This document shows, piece by piece, positions 46,966-55,922 of a stretch of DNA of 64,000 bases. The position numbers and the translations under genes are program-made. Under the pieces are notes generated by a model, which worked only from the letters and a program-made list of their open reading frames with translations, ran no database searches and was not told the origin of the DNA. The DNA lies in the NCBI GenBank assembly GCA_026395555.1, contig JAPLYO010000012.1, forward strand, positions 4,817 through 68,816, in the 5' to 3' direction. The stretch comes from Candidatus Peregrinibacteria bacterium. GTDB lineage: Bacteria > Patescibacteriota > Gracilibacteria > UBA1369 > UBA12463. The stretch's first letter is position 1; each line of letters opens with the position of its first letter.

Positions 46966-47414
46966 TGTAGTCGGGTTAGTCTTTATGTTACACGATGTCG
47001 AGACAACGTGTGTACTTACGTACTAACTGTATAGCGGGTGATGATGTTTCGTCTAGGGGGGCACTATTGACTTTATTAAGAAAGGTTATATTTCGATATG
47101 TCAACACCGGGAACGAAGTGCGCGTTATTCTCTATTTTAAGCCATTTTATTTGTGCTGCATACCCGATACTTAATGCTACTTTTTGTATCTCCTTTTCAT
47201 TGACAATTACCAATTATTGCTGCGAATTAGCTATTTTTAGGGGGTTTGAATAACGTATACTCTGAATCTTTATTTTTACTTGTCAAATATCGAACTGACA
47301 TTTACCTCATGTTCTTCTTGATTATTCGGCATCAATTTGCTACCTTTTGCGCACTTTCTGCTTTTCTCTGCAATATGAAAAAAGCTTAAGCCTATATATT
47401 TAACCCAAAGAAAG

Positions 47415-48068
47415 ATGGCAGTTTCTCAAAAGGAGGTTCGATCCTCTATGCCCGAAGATGTTCGGGAGTACGAACTGATGGTCATTCTTCCACCGGATCT
47501 CACTGAGACCGATTTGAAGACCAAGGTTCAAGATTTTCAGGAGGCTTTGTCGCAGCACGGCGGCAAGGTTATTGACCAAGAGGTCACACCAGTCCGTGAT
47601 TTAGCGTATCGTATCGGAAAATACGATCGTGGTACGTATGCTACGTTCCATTTTGCTTTTCCCATTGAGCACGTTCAGGAGCTCGAAAAACTCATCCGTA
47701 TTGAAATGGGAGTTGTTCGACATATGATCGTTACTTGCCCAAAGAACTACGTCTTCAAGGGTCTTTTGGCCTACGAAGAAGAGGCTGAGGCACTCCGATT
47801 GAAGGAGGCTGAGGAGAAAAAAGCTAAGGATAATGAGGATATGGAGCGAAGAAATAGCCCACGTCCAGTCGCCGCACGCCCAGCACGAGCTGAAAAACCT
47901 TCAGAGGTACCAGCAAGCGCTGCAAACGTTACCCCAAAAGCTGAGGTCAAAGTTGAGAAAAAGGAAGAAGCTCCAGCTCCTGCACCAAAGGCCGCCCCAA
48001 AGGCAGACCTTAGTAAGGTTGATGAACAGCTCAAGGCCATTCTCGATAATCCAGATATTTCGATTTAA
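47415..48068 (+). CDS. rpsF: 30S ribosomal protein S6 with long low-complexity C-terminal extension
   Basis: REYELMVILPPDLTETDLKTKVQDFQEAL..HGGKV......RDLAYRI.KYDRGTYATFHF is the S6 core. ATG 47448 is an alternative start, preceded by AGGAGG at 47431-47436. The last roughly 100 aa are E/K/A/P-rich. Confidence 0.85.
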   Translation: MAVSQKEVRSSMPEDVREYELMVILPPDLTETDLKTKVQDFQEALSQHGGKVIDQEVTPVRDLAYRIGKYDRGTYATFHFAFPIEHVQELEKLIRIEMGVVRHMIVTCPKNYVFKGLLAYEEEAEALRLKEAEEKKAKDNEDMERRNSPRPVAARPARAEKPSEVPASAANVTPKAEVKVEKKEEAPAPAPKAAPKADLSKVDEQLKAILDNPDISI

Positions 48069-48093
48069 TTTTTACTCTTCAATTGCTTGAAAT

Positions 48094-48648
48094 ATGAGAA
48101 GCATTAATAAAGTTATCATTATCGGAAATTTGACACGTGATCCTGTCATGAAGACTACCCAAAGTGGTCAGCCTGTTGCTACCTTTGGTATAGCCACAAA
48201 TCGACAGTGGGTTACACGAGATAATCAGAGACATGACTCAACTGAGTTCCACGAAGTCGTCGCATGGGCGAAGCTTGCTGAAATCTGCGAACAATATATT
48301 CGCAAAGGCAATCTCGTTTATGTTGAGGGCTATCTCAAGACTCGCAGCTGGGATGACCCATCTGGTGAGGGCAAACGTTATCGTACCGAGGTTGTCATTC
48401 AGGATATTATCATGCTTGAGAAACGACGCGATGGTAACAGCCTTCCAAATGCCGAAGGAAATTGGGAGAGTGATGATATGGATCAGCAGATGGATAGTGC
48501 ATCCAGCCCATCTCAATCTCGATCTTCAGGATCTCCATTCGGAATGTCATCTGATGAGCCACCTCTTGATGAGCTCAATCTTGGGCTTGGCGGGTTAACA
48601 AACCTGTCCCTTGGGGGCGAGGCGATTTCTCAGGACAGCTCCTTCTAA
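48094..48648 (+). CDS. ssb: Single-stranded DNA-binding protein
   Basis: OB fold: INKVIIIGNLTRDPVMKTTQSGQPVATFGIATNRQW........TEFHEVVAWAKLAEICEQYIRKGNLVYVEGYLKTRSW. A disordered Ser/Asp-rich tail ends in ..QDSSF. Confidence 0.9.
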   Translation: MRSINKVIIIGNLTRDPVMKTTQSGQPVATFGIATNRQWVTRDNQRHDSTEFHEVVAWAKLAEICEQYIRKGNLVYVEGYLKTRSWDDPSGEGKRYRTEVVIQDIIMLEKRRDGNSLPNAEGNWESDDMDQQMDSASSPSQSRSSGSPFGMSSDEPPLDELNLGLGGLTNLSLGGEAISQDSSF

Positions 48649-48689
48649 TTTATATTACTTTTCTACACACACTTAACACTCTCTCTTCT

Positions 48690-48902
48690 ATGGCAACCTA
48701 CCAACACCGAAAAAATAGATTCACCGACCAGATCCAGACTTTTGCTGATTACAAGAACATCTGGCTCGTCCGTAAGTTCGTCTCTCAGTGGGGACGAATC
48801 GTTCCACGTTACTACTCCGGACTTCCAGTTCAGGGTCAGAAACGAATCGCTCTTGCTGTAAAGCGAGCACGATTCATGGCATTGATCCCATTCGTAAAAT
48901 AA
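48690..48902 (+). CDS. rpsR: 30S ribosomal protein S18
   Basis: ..DYKNIWLVRKFVSQWGRIVPRYYSGLPVQGQKRIALAVKRARFMALIPF. Canonical rpsF-ssb-rpsR synteny. Confidence 0.9.
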   Translation: MATYQHRKNRFTDQIQTFADYKNIWLVRKFVSQWGRIVPRYYSGLPVQGQKRIALAVKRARFMALIPFVK

Positions 48903-48923
48903 TTTTCTTCTCCGCGAAGAAAC

Positions 48924-48957
48924 TAAAAAACCGCCTCAACTATGGGCGGTTTTTTTG
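48924..48957. terminator. Bidirectional intrinsic terminator-like hairpin between rpsR and the convergent 177-aa gene
   Basis: AAAAAACCGCC (48925-48935), loop TCAACTATG, GGCGGTTTTTT (48945-48955). An A-tract and a T-tract flank a GC stem. The hairpin overlaps the last codons of the minus-strand ORF. Confidence 0.55.
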
Positions 48958-49473
48958 ATGCTTATGCTTCGCTTTTCCGTGCTTGGTTGGACTGATAATC
49001 TTCAGCTTATTCGCTCTTTGAGCCTCTTCTAAGGCATTTTTTACTTTTTCATCCAATTCGTTTTTCTCTGCATCCCGAATCAATATTTTCGCTTTATAAT
49101 GTATCTCATCTTGAATCGCTTTTTCTGTCGCTTTTTGTTCTGCATCTTTTGCTGCCCTTACCTGTACTGCCTCTGCTTGGTCGCGCTCTTTCTTGTAATC
49201 TAAATACCCGTACACTCCGCCCGCAATGAGTACAGCGACTAGAACGCTCCGTATAGCATTTCGTGTATCGTTACTTATAGTCCTTCTCTCTGGAACACTT
49301 CCTGTCTGAAGCATAACATCTTCAATTGACGTGCTCTGACGTGAAGGGCGCGCAGCAGGGAGCGAATGAAAAGATGGTTGCCGTGGAGCCTCGCTCGATT
49401 CAGGTCTTGTTGATGTATGTTTTTCTCCTGCCATGTGTCCATATTTTGTTACAGGTGTACATTCTACTAACAT
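48940..49473 (-). CDS. Hypothetical single-pass membrane protein with charged coiled-coil and basic tail
   Basis: TM segment IRSVLVAVLIAGGVYGYL, followed by KKERDQAEAVQVRAAKDAEQKATEKAIQDE... and ..HGKAKHKHQKNRP*. An alternative ATG is at 49434. Confidence 0.5.
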   Translation of the reverse strand: MLVECTPVTKYGHMAGEKHTSTRPESSEAPRQPSFHSLPAARPSRQSTSIEDVMLQTGSVPERRTISNDTRNAIRSVLVAVLIAGGVYGYLDYKKERDQAEAVQVRAAKDAEQKATEKAIQDEIHYKAKILIRDAEKNELDEKVKNALEEAQRANKLKIISPTKHGKAKHKHQKNRP

Positions 49474-49498
49474 TACTCATTTTGTCAATATCCCAAAA

Positions 49499-50008
49499 CT
49501 ATCTCCTACCTCTGCCTCCTCTTCGGTCGTGATTATCAAAACGAACCTCGTCAGCTTCGGCCTGAGTAGCGGCATCTCGCGTTTTCGTTAAAATTCTTTC
49601 TACTGCAGGTGCAACATCTTTCTCTTTTAGCTTTAAATAAGCCTTGAGATCGCGCTCGATTTCTCGCACCTTGTCGCGGTTCAACATGTCCTTCTGTTCA
49701 TCAAAAAGTACAAGTGTCTTTCCGGCCAATCTGATGGCGATAAAAAGTACCTTTGGCTCACCGTGGGTGGTGATCTGAGCCCTCACGTCCGTCTGAAACT
49801 GATTACATGCCTCGCAAATAGTAATATCGATATGCTTCACTGGTGGACGTAATTCAGCTTTAGGAATGAGCGACATTCGACCATGTGTTCGGACGATAAC
49901 CCTTTTTCCGGGAACAATTTCCTTCTCTCCACTCTCCAGATCGGGAAGAAGTCTTTGGATGGGATACAGGCCTAGATCGTTACTTTCCGGAAGATTTTCA
50001 CGTGCCAT
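49499..50008 (-). CDS. Hypothetical protein (169 aa) with C-terminal RGG tail
   Basis: ATG-started ORF that ends ..DNHDRRGGRGRR*. I recognise no family. Confidence 0.5.
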   Translation of the reverse strand: MARENLPESNDLGLYPIQRLLPDLESGEKEIVPGKRVIVRTHGRMSLIPKAELRPPVKHIDITICEACNQFQTDVRAQITTHGEPKVLFIAIRLAGKTLVLFDEQKDMLNRDKVREIERDLKAYLKLKEKDVAPAVERILTKTRDAATQAEADEVRFDNHDRRGGRGRR

Positions 50009-50085
50009 AATAATTATTAAAGGAGGGTGAGTGTACGCGAATTCTTTTCTTGATACAAATTTATGTATTTTGACGGTGGTTTGCG

Positions 50086-50115
50086 TTGATTCCAGCCTCC
50101 GCGGTCTGCTATAGT
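50086..50115 (+). promoter_or_regulatory. Putative promoter placing the purL ATG at or near the transcription start (leaderless-type)
   Basis: TTGATT (50086-50091), an 18-nt spacer, TATAGT (50110-50115), then only 8 nt to ATG 50124. No SD is present. Pattern match only. Confidence 0.3.
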
Positions 50116-50123
50116 GCGGGCGT

Positions 50124-52541
50124 ATGCAGGATATTCTTCCATTTTCGAAGTTGACTGATGAGGAACTCGTAGGGGTCCTGCAAAAACATAAAATCGGTTT
50201 AAGTATCGCTGAGGCTCGACATATTCCAGAGCTTCTTGGACGTGATCCTACGCTTACAGAAGCGATTGTTTGGGGTATTCAGGGCTCGGAGCACTGCTCC
50301 TACAAGAGTAGCCGCAAACATTTACGTGGTTTTCCGGTGAGTGCACCGAATGTCATCGTGCCGGTCGGAGAAGATTCGGGTGTTTTTAGCTTAACAGAAC
50401 TTGCTCGGCCAGATGGATCCATAGAGCGTTATGGCGTGGTGGTGGCTCACGAGAGTCACAATCATCCGTCTCAGATCGTGCCATTTGAGGGCGCATCTAC
50501 GGGCGTGGGCGGAATTGTTCGTGATATCGCCTGTATGGGCGGACGCGTCATTGGAACGATGGACTCTTTGAGATTCGGAGATATTACGAGAAATCAGTCG
50601 AAGTGGATCGCGGGAGGCGTGTTCAGCGGAGTGAGTGGCTATGGAAATCCTATTGGTGTACCGAATGTCGGAGGCGATGTGGCGTTTCATGCCGGTTATA
50701 ATGAAAACTGTTTGGTAAATGTCGTGGCTATTGGAACGGTACTGGAAAGTGAAGTCATTCACTCCTATGTTCCTGATGAGGCTGCTGATAAAGGATATGA
50801 GTTTGTGGCCGTAGGTAAGCCAACGGATCGAAGTGGTATGGGTGGAGCGAGCTTTGCTTCACAGAGTTTTTCAGAAGTAATGGAAGAAACGGGAGCGGGA
50901 TCTGAGCTCGCTTCGCTCGCTCTGGAGGCGAAAAAAAGTGCGGTTCAGGAACCGAATCCATTTCTCAAAAGGCATATTCTGGTTTCGACATATGATCTGT
51001 TTCGCGAGTTAAAAGAGCGAGGATGGCTCGGAAAAGTAGCGTTCAAAGATCTAGGCGCCGGTGGAAATATCTGCTCGACGGTAGAATTAATTGCGAAGAA
51101 AGGTTTTGGTGCGGAGGTGCATTTGGAACAAATACATGTCGCCTATCCTGCAATACCCGCAGCGGTTATTGCTTGTAGCGAGACCCAGGAGCGATTTATG
51201 TGGGCGTGCGATCCTGAAATCACGGATTTTATTTTGAATCATTACAACGTGAAGTGGAACTTGCCGATGGTTTGTGAAAATGCGCGAGCCTCGAAAATTG
51301 GCCACGTGACGCGAGGAAATTATATTTTGAAATATGAAGGCGAGGTAATGTGTGATGCAAAAGCGGAACATATTACGGAAGGATTTTTGTATGACAGGCC
51401 TTTTAAGACTGCTGAGAAAAAGCTCTTGGAACCCGTTTTTGAGATGCCTGCACGTTTGGATGAGGTGCTACTAAAAATGTTATCGAGTGAGAATATTGCT
51501 TCTCGAAAAGTGATTTATGAAAAATATGATAAGCAGGTTCAGGGCTTTGTTCGAATCGAAACCGGCGAGGCGGATGCGAGTGTGATGGTGCCGTTTTTGG
51601 ATCATGAAGAGTTGGGCGATGGAAAGTATGTCGGTTTAGCCAATGCCGTAGCGGGTAATCCGTGGTATGGTGATATCGATGCCTACTGGCAGGGTGCAAA
51701 TGCAGTTGTCGGCTCGATGCGTGCGTGTGCAGCGGTTGGCGCTTATCCTCAGGCTCTTACTGACTGTTTAAATTATGGAAATCCCGAAAAACCTGATCAG
51801 ATGGCGCAGTTGGTTGATGGTATTCGCGGTATCAAAGAAGCACTCGAGGGTGTGAAGTTGAAAAATCATCCTGAGTTTGCGACACCCGTCGTTTCCGGAA
51901 ATGTGAGTTTGTATAACGAAGGAGCAAGTGGTGCGATTCCCCCATCGGCTATTCTGGCCTGTTTTGGAAAAATTGATGATGCGAGAAAGGCCGTGACGAT
52001 GAAATTAAAAGGAGCCGGAAATGTGCTGTACATGATTGGCGAGCGAAAAGATGAGTGTGGCGCGAGTGAGTATTATCGCGTGATGGGGGCGGGTATTGGA
52101 GCGAATGTTCCGAAGCCGGATTTTGCGATGGTGGAGCGTGAAATTTTTGCGATGACCGATTGCGTCGCTAGTGGACTTGTAAAATCAGCGAAGGCGATTG
52201 GTATTGGTGGTGTGCTGGTTGCTGCGGCACAAATGTGCATCGGCGGATTCCATGATGGAAATATTGGCGTGGAGATTGATTCAGGAAAAGTTGCTGGCGC
52301 ATCGGGATTGCGTCTGGACAAGAGTTTGTTTGGTGAGACCGGAGGATTTGTGGTGGAGGTGGAGCCTGCTAGTCGGGAGGCGTTTATGAAGGCCTGCACT
52401 GCGCGCGGAGTGATGCCTATTGAGATTGGAAAAACCGTTGCTGAAAAAACTTTTGTATTGAAAGGTGGTAGTGATTTCAGTCTTCCACTAGAGCAAATTC
52501 GAAGTAGCTGGACGCAAGGACTGAGAGAGAAGCTGCAATAA
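50124..52541 (+). CDS. purL: Phosphoribosylformylglycinamidine synthase subunit PurL (FGAM synthase II)
   Basis: ..GIQGSEHCSYKSS..; ..VVVAHESHNHPSQIVPFEGASTGVGGIVRD.. (the diagnostic SHNHPS motif); duplicated AIRS-like domains. Confidence 0.92.
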   Translation: MQDILPFSKLTDEELVGVLQKHKIGLSIAEARHIPELLGRDPTLTEAIVWGIQGSEHCSYKSSRKHLRGFPVSAPNVIVPVGEDSGVFSLTELARPDGSIERYGVVVAHESHNHPSQIVPFEGASTGVGGIVRDIACMGGRVIGTMDSLRFGDITRNQSKWIAGGVFSGVSGYGNPIGVPNVGGDVAFHAGYNENCLVNVVAIGTVLESEVIHSYVPDEAADKGYEFVAVGKPTDRSGMGGASFASQSFSEVMEETGAGSELASLALEAKKSAVQEPNPFLKRHILVSTYDLFRELKERGWLGKVAFKDLGAGGNICSTVELIAKKGFGAEVHLEQIHVAYPAIPAAVIACSETQERFMWACDPEITDFILNHYNVKWNLPMVCENARASKIGHVTRGNYILKYEGEVMCDAKAEHITEGFLYDRPFKTAEKKLLEPVFEMPARLDEVLLKMLSSENIASRKVIYEKYDKQVQGFVRIETGEADASVMVPFLDHEELGDGKYVGLANAVAGNPWYGDIDAYWQGANAVVGSMRACAAVGAYPQALTDCLNYGNPEKPDQMAQLVDGIRGIKEALEGVKLKNHPEFATPVVSGNVSLYNEGASGAIPPSAILACFGKIDDARKAVTMKLKGAGNVLYMIGERKDECGASEYYRVMGAGIGANVPKPDFAMVEREIFAMTDCVASGLVKSAKAIGIGGVLVAAAQMCIGGFHDGNIGVEIDSGKVAGASGLRLDKSLFGETGGFVVEVEPASREAFMKACTARGVMPIEIGKTVAEKTFVLKGGSDFSLPLEQIRSSWTQGLREKLQ

Positions 52542-52560
52542 TCGCTCACTTTTTCTTTCT

Positions 52561-53700
52561 ATGTCTACTCAAGCTCAACTCATTCGCAAAAGACCCATCA
52601 AAAAGGTCGTCGTGAAGGTGGGAAGCGCGCTTTTGACGAAAGATGATAATACGCTGAATGATGCGTTTTTGGAGAGCTTCGTGGATCAGGTTGCCACACT
52701 ACAGAAACAAGGCATTCAGGTTTTAATTGTTACATCGGGAGCGGTGGCGGCTGGACGTAGCGAGGTGACGTTGAAGAAAGAATCTAAAACTATTCCCTAC
52801 AGGCAGGCACTTTCAGCGGTGGGTCAGATTGTACTCATGGATAAGTACCGAGAACTTTTTGCAAAATATTCTATTTCGGTAGGTCAGGCATTACTCACGG
52901 ATCATGACTTTCAAAATAGAGAAAGCTTCCTCACGATGCGAAATACATTGGATCTGCTCATGCAAATGGGCGTCGTTCCGATCGTGAACGAGAACGATGT
53001 GGTTACGTATGTTGGTTTTAAATTTGGAGGAAATGATCCACTGGCTGCAAAAGTTAGCTCAATGTTATGTGTTGACGCCATGGTGCTATTAACTGATGTC
53101 GATGGGCTTTTTACCGCTAATCCTCATACAAATCCGGATGCCGTGTTATTGACGCAGATCGATGATGTGACGGACGAGATTAAATCTTATGCCTCTACCA
53201 CGGTCTCTAAAAAATCTCTTGGAGGCATGATTACCAAAATTGAGTCTGCCGAATACGCCCTTCATTCAGGCATATCAACCGTTATCGCTTCTGGCACTAT
53301 CCCCAATATTCTCACTGATGCCGTTTCAGGAAAACCATTTCGCGGAACAGTCATCGGCAATGGTGGCGATGATCGATGCGGTGGACGATTGATGTGGATG
53401 CGTTCTAAGACGAAAAACAATATTTATATAGTAGTTGATGATGGATGCGCTCGCGCCCTCTCTAAGGGCGGCTCGCTCCTCGCTGTGGGCATCAGAGAAG
53501 TTTACGGCGAGTTTGAACGCGGCGACGTAGTGGCTATTCATGATAAATATGATGAGTTGGTTGCCTTTGGCCAGATCAACTACGGCTCACGCGATGTCGA
53601 CCAGATGAAGGGTCGCAAAACAGAAGAATTGGTGAAGCTGCTTCCGACGTTCATTGAGGACGAGATTATGCACCGAGACAATATGGTGATCGTAAGTTAA
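52561..53700 (+). CDS. proB: Glutamate 5-kinase with C-terminal PUA domain
   Basis: KKVVVKVGSALLT..; ..VTSGAVAAGR..; ..VPIVNENDVV.......GGNDPLAA..; ..GGMITKIESA... The PUA part is ..VVDDGCARAL.KGGSLLAVGI..V.GEFERGDVVAI. Confidence 0.9.
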   Translation: MSTQAQLIRKRPIKKVVVKVGSALLTKDDNTLNDAFLESFVDQVATLQKQGIQVLIVTSGAVAAGRSEVTLKKESKTIPYRQALSAVGQIVLMDKYRELFAKYSISVGQALLTDHDFQNRESFLTMRNTLDLLMQMGVVPIVNENDVVTYVGFKFGGNDPLAAKVSSMLCVDAMVLLTDVDGLFTANPHTNPDAVLLTQIDDVTDEIKSYASTTVSKKSLGGMITKIESAEYALHSGISTVIASGTIPNILTDAVSGKPFRGTVIGNGGDDRCGGRLMWMRSKTKNNIYIVVDDGCARALSKGGSLLAVGIREVYGEFERGDVVAIHDKYDELVAFGQINYGSRDVDQMKGRKTEELVKLLPTFIEDEIMHRDNMVIVS

Positions 53701-53799
53701 TGCGCCCAAAACGCTACTGGACAAGCCCATATCTTTCCTCTATACTCCGCCAGGTTTGACGGTCTAGAGGCCCCATTTGAAGCCCTTAACAACGTAATT

Positions 53800-55341
53800 A
53801 TGCGAGCTTTAATTAGCGTTTCGGATAAGACGGGAGTAGTCGAGTTTGCGAAGGGATTAGCTTCGCATGGAGTGCAAATTTTATCTACAGGAGGGACTGC
53901 ACGAGCTTTGCGTGAAGCTGGTTTGAACGTGACTGATGTGAGCGAGGTTACCGGCTTTCCGGAGATTTTGGATGGAAGAGTAAAAACATTACATCCGAAG
54001 GTTCATGGAGGGCTATTGGCCGTGCGCGACAATCCTGAGCACATGCAGATTTTGAAGGAGCAGGGCATTGAAACCATCGATATGGTCGTGGTGAATTTGT
54101 ATCCGTTTGAGAAGACCGTGGCGAAAGAGGATGTGTCCGAGGATGAGGCGATTGAAAATATTGATATTGGTGGACCGTCGATGATCCGTAGCGCGGCGAA
54201 GAATTTCAAAAGCGTGACGGTAGTAGTGGATCCTTCTGACTACGATGACGTTATTGCTGAGATTTCTGCGGGAGGAGATACCACCTTGGAGTTCCGAAAA
54301 AAATTAGCACGAAAAGCATTCACAAAAACATTTCAATACGATGAGGCGATTGATCATTACTTCCGAAAGCAGTTGGGCGAACCGGAGTTATTGGATCTAC
54401 ATTATGAAAAAGTAATGTCACTACGATACGGAGAAAATCCGCATCAGAAAGCAGTATTCTTCCGAAATCCAGAAAATCATGATTCGAATATTACGAATGC
54501 GCAGACGCTTCATGGAAAGCAGTTGTCATTCAATAATATCGTTGATGGCGATAGCGCATTAGAGTTGGTGAAGGAGTTTGAACGGCCTGCAGCGGCGATT
54601 ATTAAACATAATAATCCGTGCGGCGTTGCGACGGCCAATACGATCGAAGAGGCCTTGGTTGCCGCGTTTGAGGTTGATACCATGTCTGCTTTTGGTGGAG
54701 TCTTAGCACTCAATCACGAGTGCACGTCGGCTGTTGCCGATTTTGTTCTTGAAAAAAAATGGTTCTTGGAAATTATTATTGCTCCATCTTTTGCTAAAGA
54801 AACATTGGAAAAATTAGATAAGAAAAAAGACTTGCGACTGCTCGCAACGGGACCACTTGTAAAAGATCTTCAGAGCCGTGATATCAAAAAAGTAGCCGGA
54901 GGCATTCTCGTTCAGACGAAAGATACCTATATCGTCAATGAGGGTGATCTGAAAGTTGTAACGAAAAAAGCGCCAAGCGCTGAGGAGATCCGGGCGATGC
55001 TCTTCGCTAATGTTGTCGTGAAGCATGTACATTCCAACGCCGTAGTGTTTGCAAAAGTACAGGGCAATACGGAGGTGGCCACCGGAATCGGCGCGGGTCA
55101 GATGTCCCGTGTAGATAGTGTGTTTATCGGCGCGACAAAAGGTGGTGAAAAAATTCCGGGAAGCGTGATGGCTTCTGATGCCTTCTTTCCTTTCTCTGAT
55201 GCTGTTGAACAGGCTGCGAAATATGGCGTGACGGCGATCATTCAGCCGGGCGGATCCATTCGTGATGACGAGGTATTCAAAAAATCCGATGAGCTCGGTA
55301 TGAGTATGGTAACGACCGGATATAGATTCTTCCGTCACTAA
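53800..55341 (+). CDS. purH: Bifunctional AICAR transformylase / IMP cyclohydrolase
   Basis: MRALISVSDKTGVVEFAKGL...GVQILSTGGTA..L...G..V..VS..TGFPEILDGRVKTLHPKVHGGLL (MGS-like cyclohydrolase domain); ..IIKHNNPCGVA..; the C-terminus is ..GMSMVTTGYRFFRH. Confidence 0.95.
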   Translation: MRALISVSDKTGVVEFAKGLASHGVQILSTGGTARALREAGLNVTDVSEVTGFPEILDGRVKTLHPKVHGGLLAVRDNPEHMQILKEQGIETIDMVVVNLYPFEKTVAKEDVSEDEAIENIDIGGPSMIRSAAKNFKSVTVVVDPSDYDDVIAEISAGGDTTLEFRKKLARKAFTKTFQYDEAIDHYFRKQLGEPELLDLHYEKVMSLRYGENPHQKAVFFRNPENHDSNITNAQTLHGKQLSFNNIVDGDSALELVKEFERPAAAIIKHNNPCGVATANTIEEALVAAFEVDTMSAFGGVLALNHECTSAVADFVLEKKWFLEIIIAPSFAKETLEKLDKKKDLRLLATGPLVKDLQSRDIKKVAGGILVQTKDTYIVNEGDLKVVTKKAPSAEEIRAMLFANVVVKHVHSNAVVFAKVQGNTEVATGIGAGQMSRVDSVFIGATKGGEKIPGSVMASDAFFPFSDAVEQAAKYGVTAIIQPGGSIRDDEVFKKSDELGMSMVTTGYRFFRH

Positions 55342-55821
55342 TTAGTCTTTCTCGGCTCGTAGAATCCCATCTTCTCCGCGAACGAGCCTTTGTGTTGTTT
55401 TCATGGCTTCTTTCGTGACCCTCCGAATGCCTTCTATTTTTGATGGTGGATTTATTAACTGTTCGTAGTCGTCGATTTCCTGCATGAATAGACCGACACT
55501 TCCAATATCTTTTGTGGATTCCCTGTAGAGATAGGGTACAAAAGGATCTGTGTACATCTGGCACGTAACTTTTCCGTCTTTATATGTCATGATTGCTCTC
55601 ATCTTTTGAACATTTCCCACCAATCCTGAACACGGTTTTTCGAGTACAAGGCGCTGAACTTCGATGGTTCCCTTTTTTTGACTCCCCTTTGCTTCATTAC
55701 TCGTATCGCCCTGCTGCCATCCTTTTTTCGTTAACTGAAAATATACTTCAATAAAACTCGTTGGAAGCACGATGCCGTTCTCGCTTGATTTGTCGCCTAG
55801 ATGCTTGTCTGAATCGGACAT
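55342..55821 (-). CDS. Hypothetical protein (159 aa)
   Basis: ATG-started ORF whose stop directly abuts the purH stop. I recognise no family. Confidence 0.5.
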   Translation of the reverse strand: MSDSDKHLGDKSSENGIVLPTSFIEVYFQLTKKGWQQGDTSNEAKGSQKKGTIEVQRLVLEKPCSGLVGNVQKMRAIMTYKDGKVTCQMYTDPFVPYLYRESTKDIGSVGLFMQEIDDYEQLINPPSKIEGIRRVTKEAMKTTQRLVRGEDGILRAEKD

Positions 55822-55922
55822 TTTTGTATTTTTTATTTTTTATAAGTATACCATAGCTTTAAGAATAATTCAAATTAGCTTTACATATAGCTGTAATTTC
55901 CATATAATGCCTAAAATTACCT

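Noticed and set aside
47200-47228. TTGACA at 47200-47205 as the -35 of an rpsF promoter
   Set aside because: No acceptable -10 hexamer lies at 16-19 nt spacing (CGAATT/GAATTA), so I did not report it as a feature.
47435-47444. GGTTCGATCC (a tRNA T-arm-like sequence), suggesting a tRNA
   Set aside because: It lies within the 5' coding or leader region of rpsF. The flanking sequence does not fold into acceptor, D or anticodon arms.
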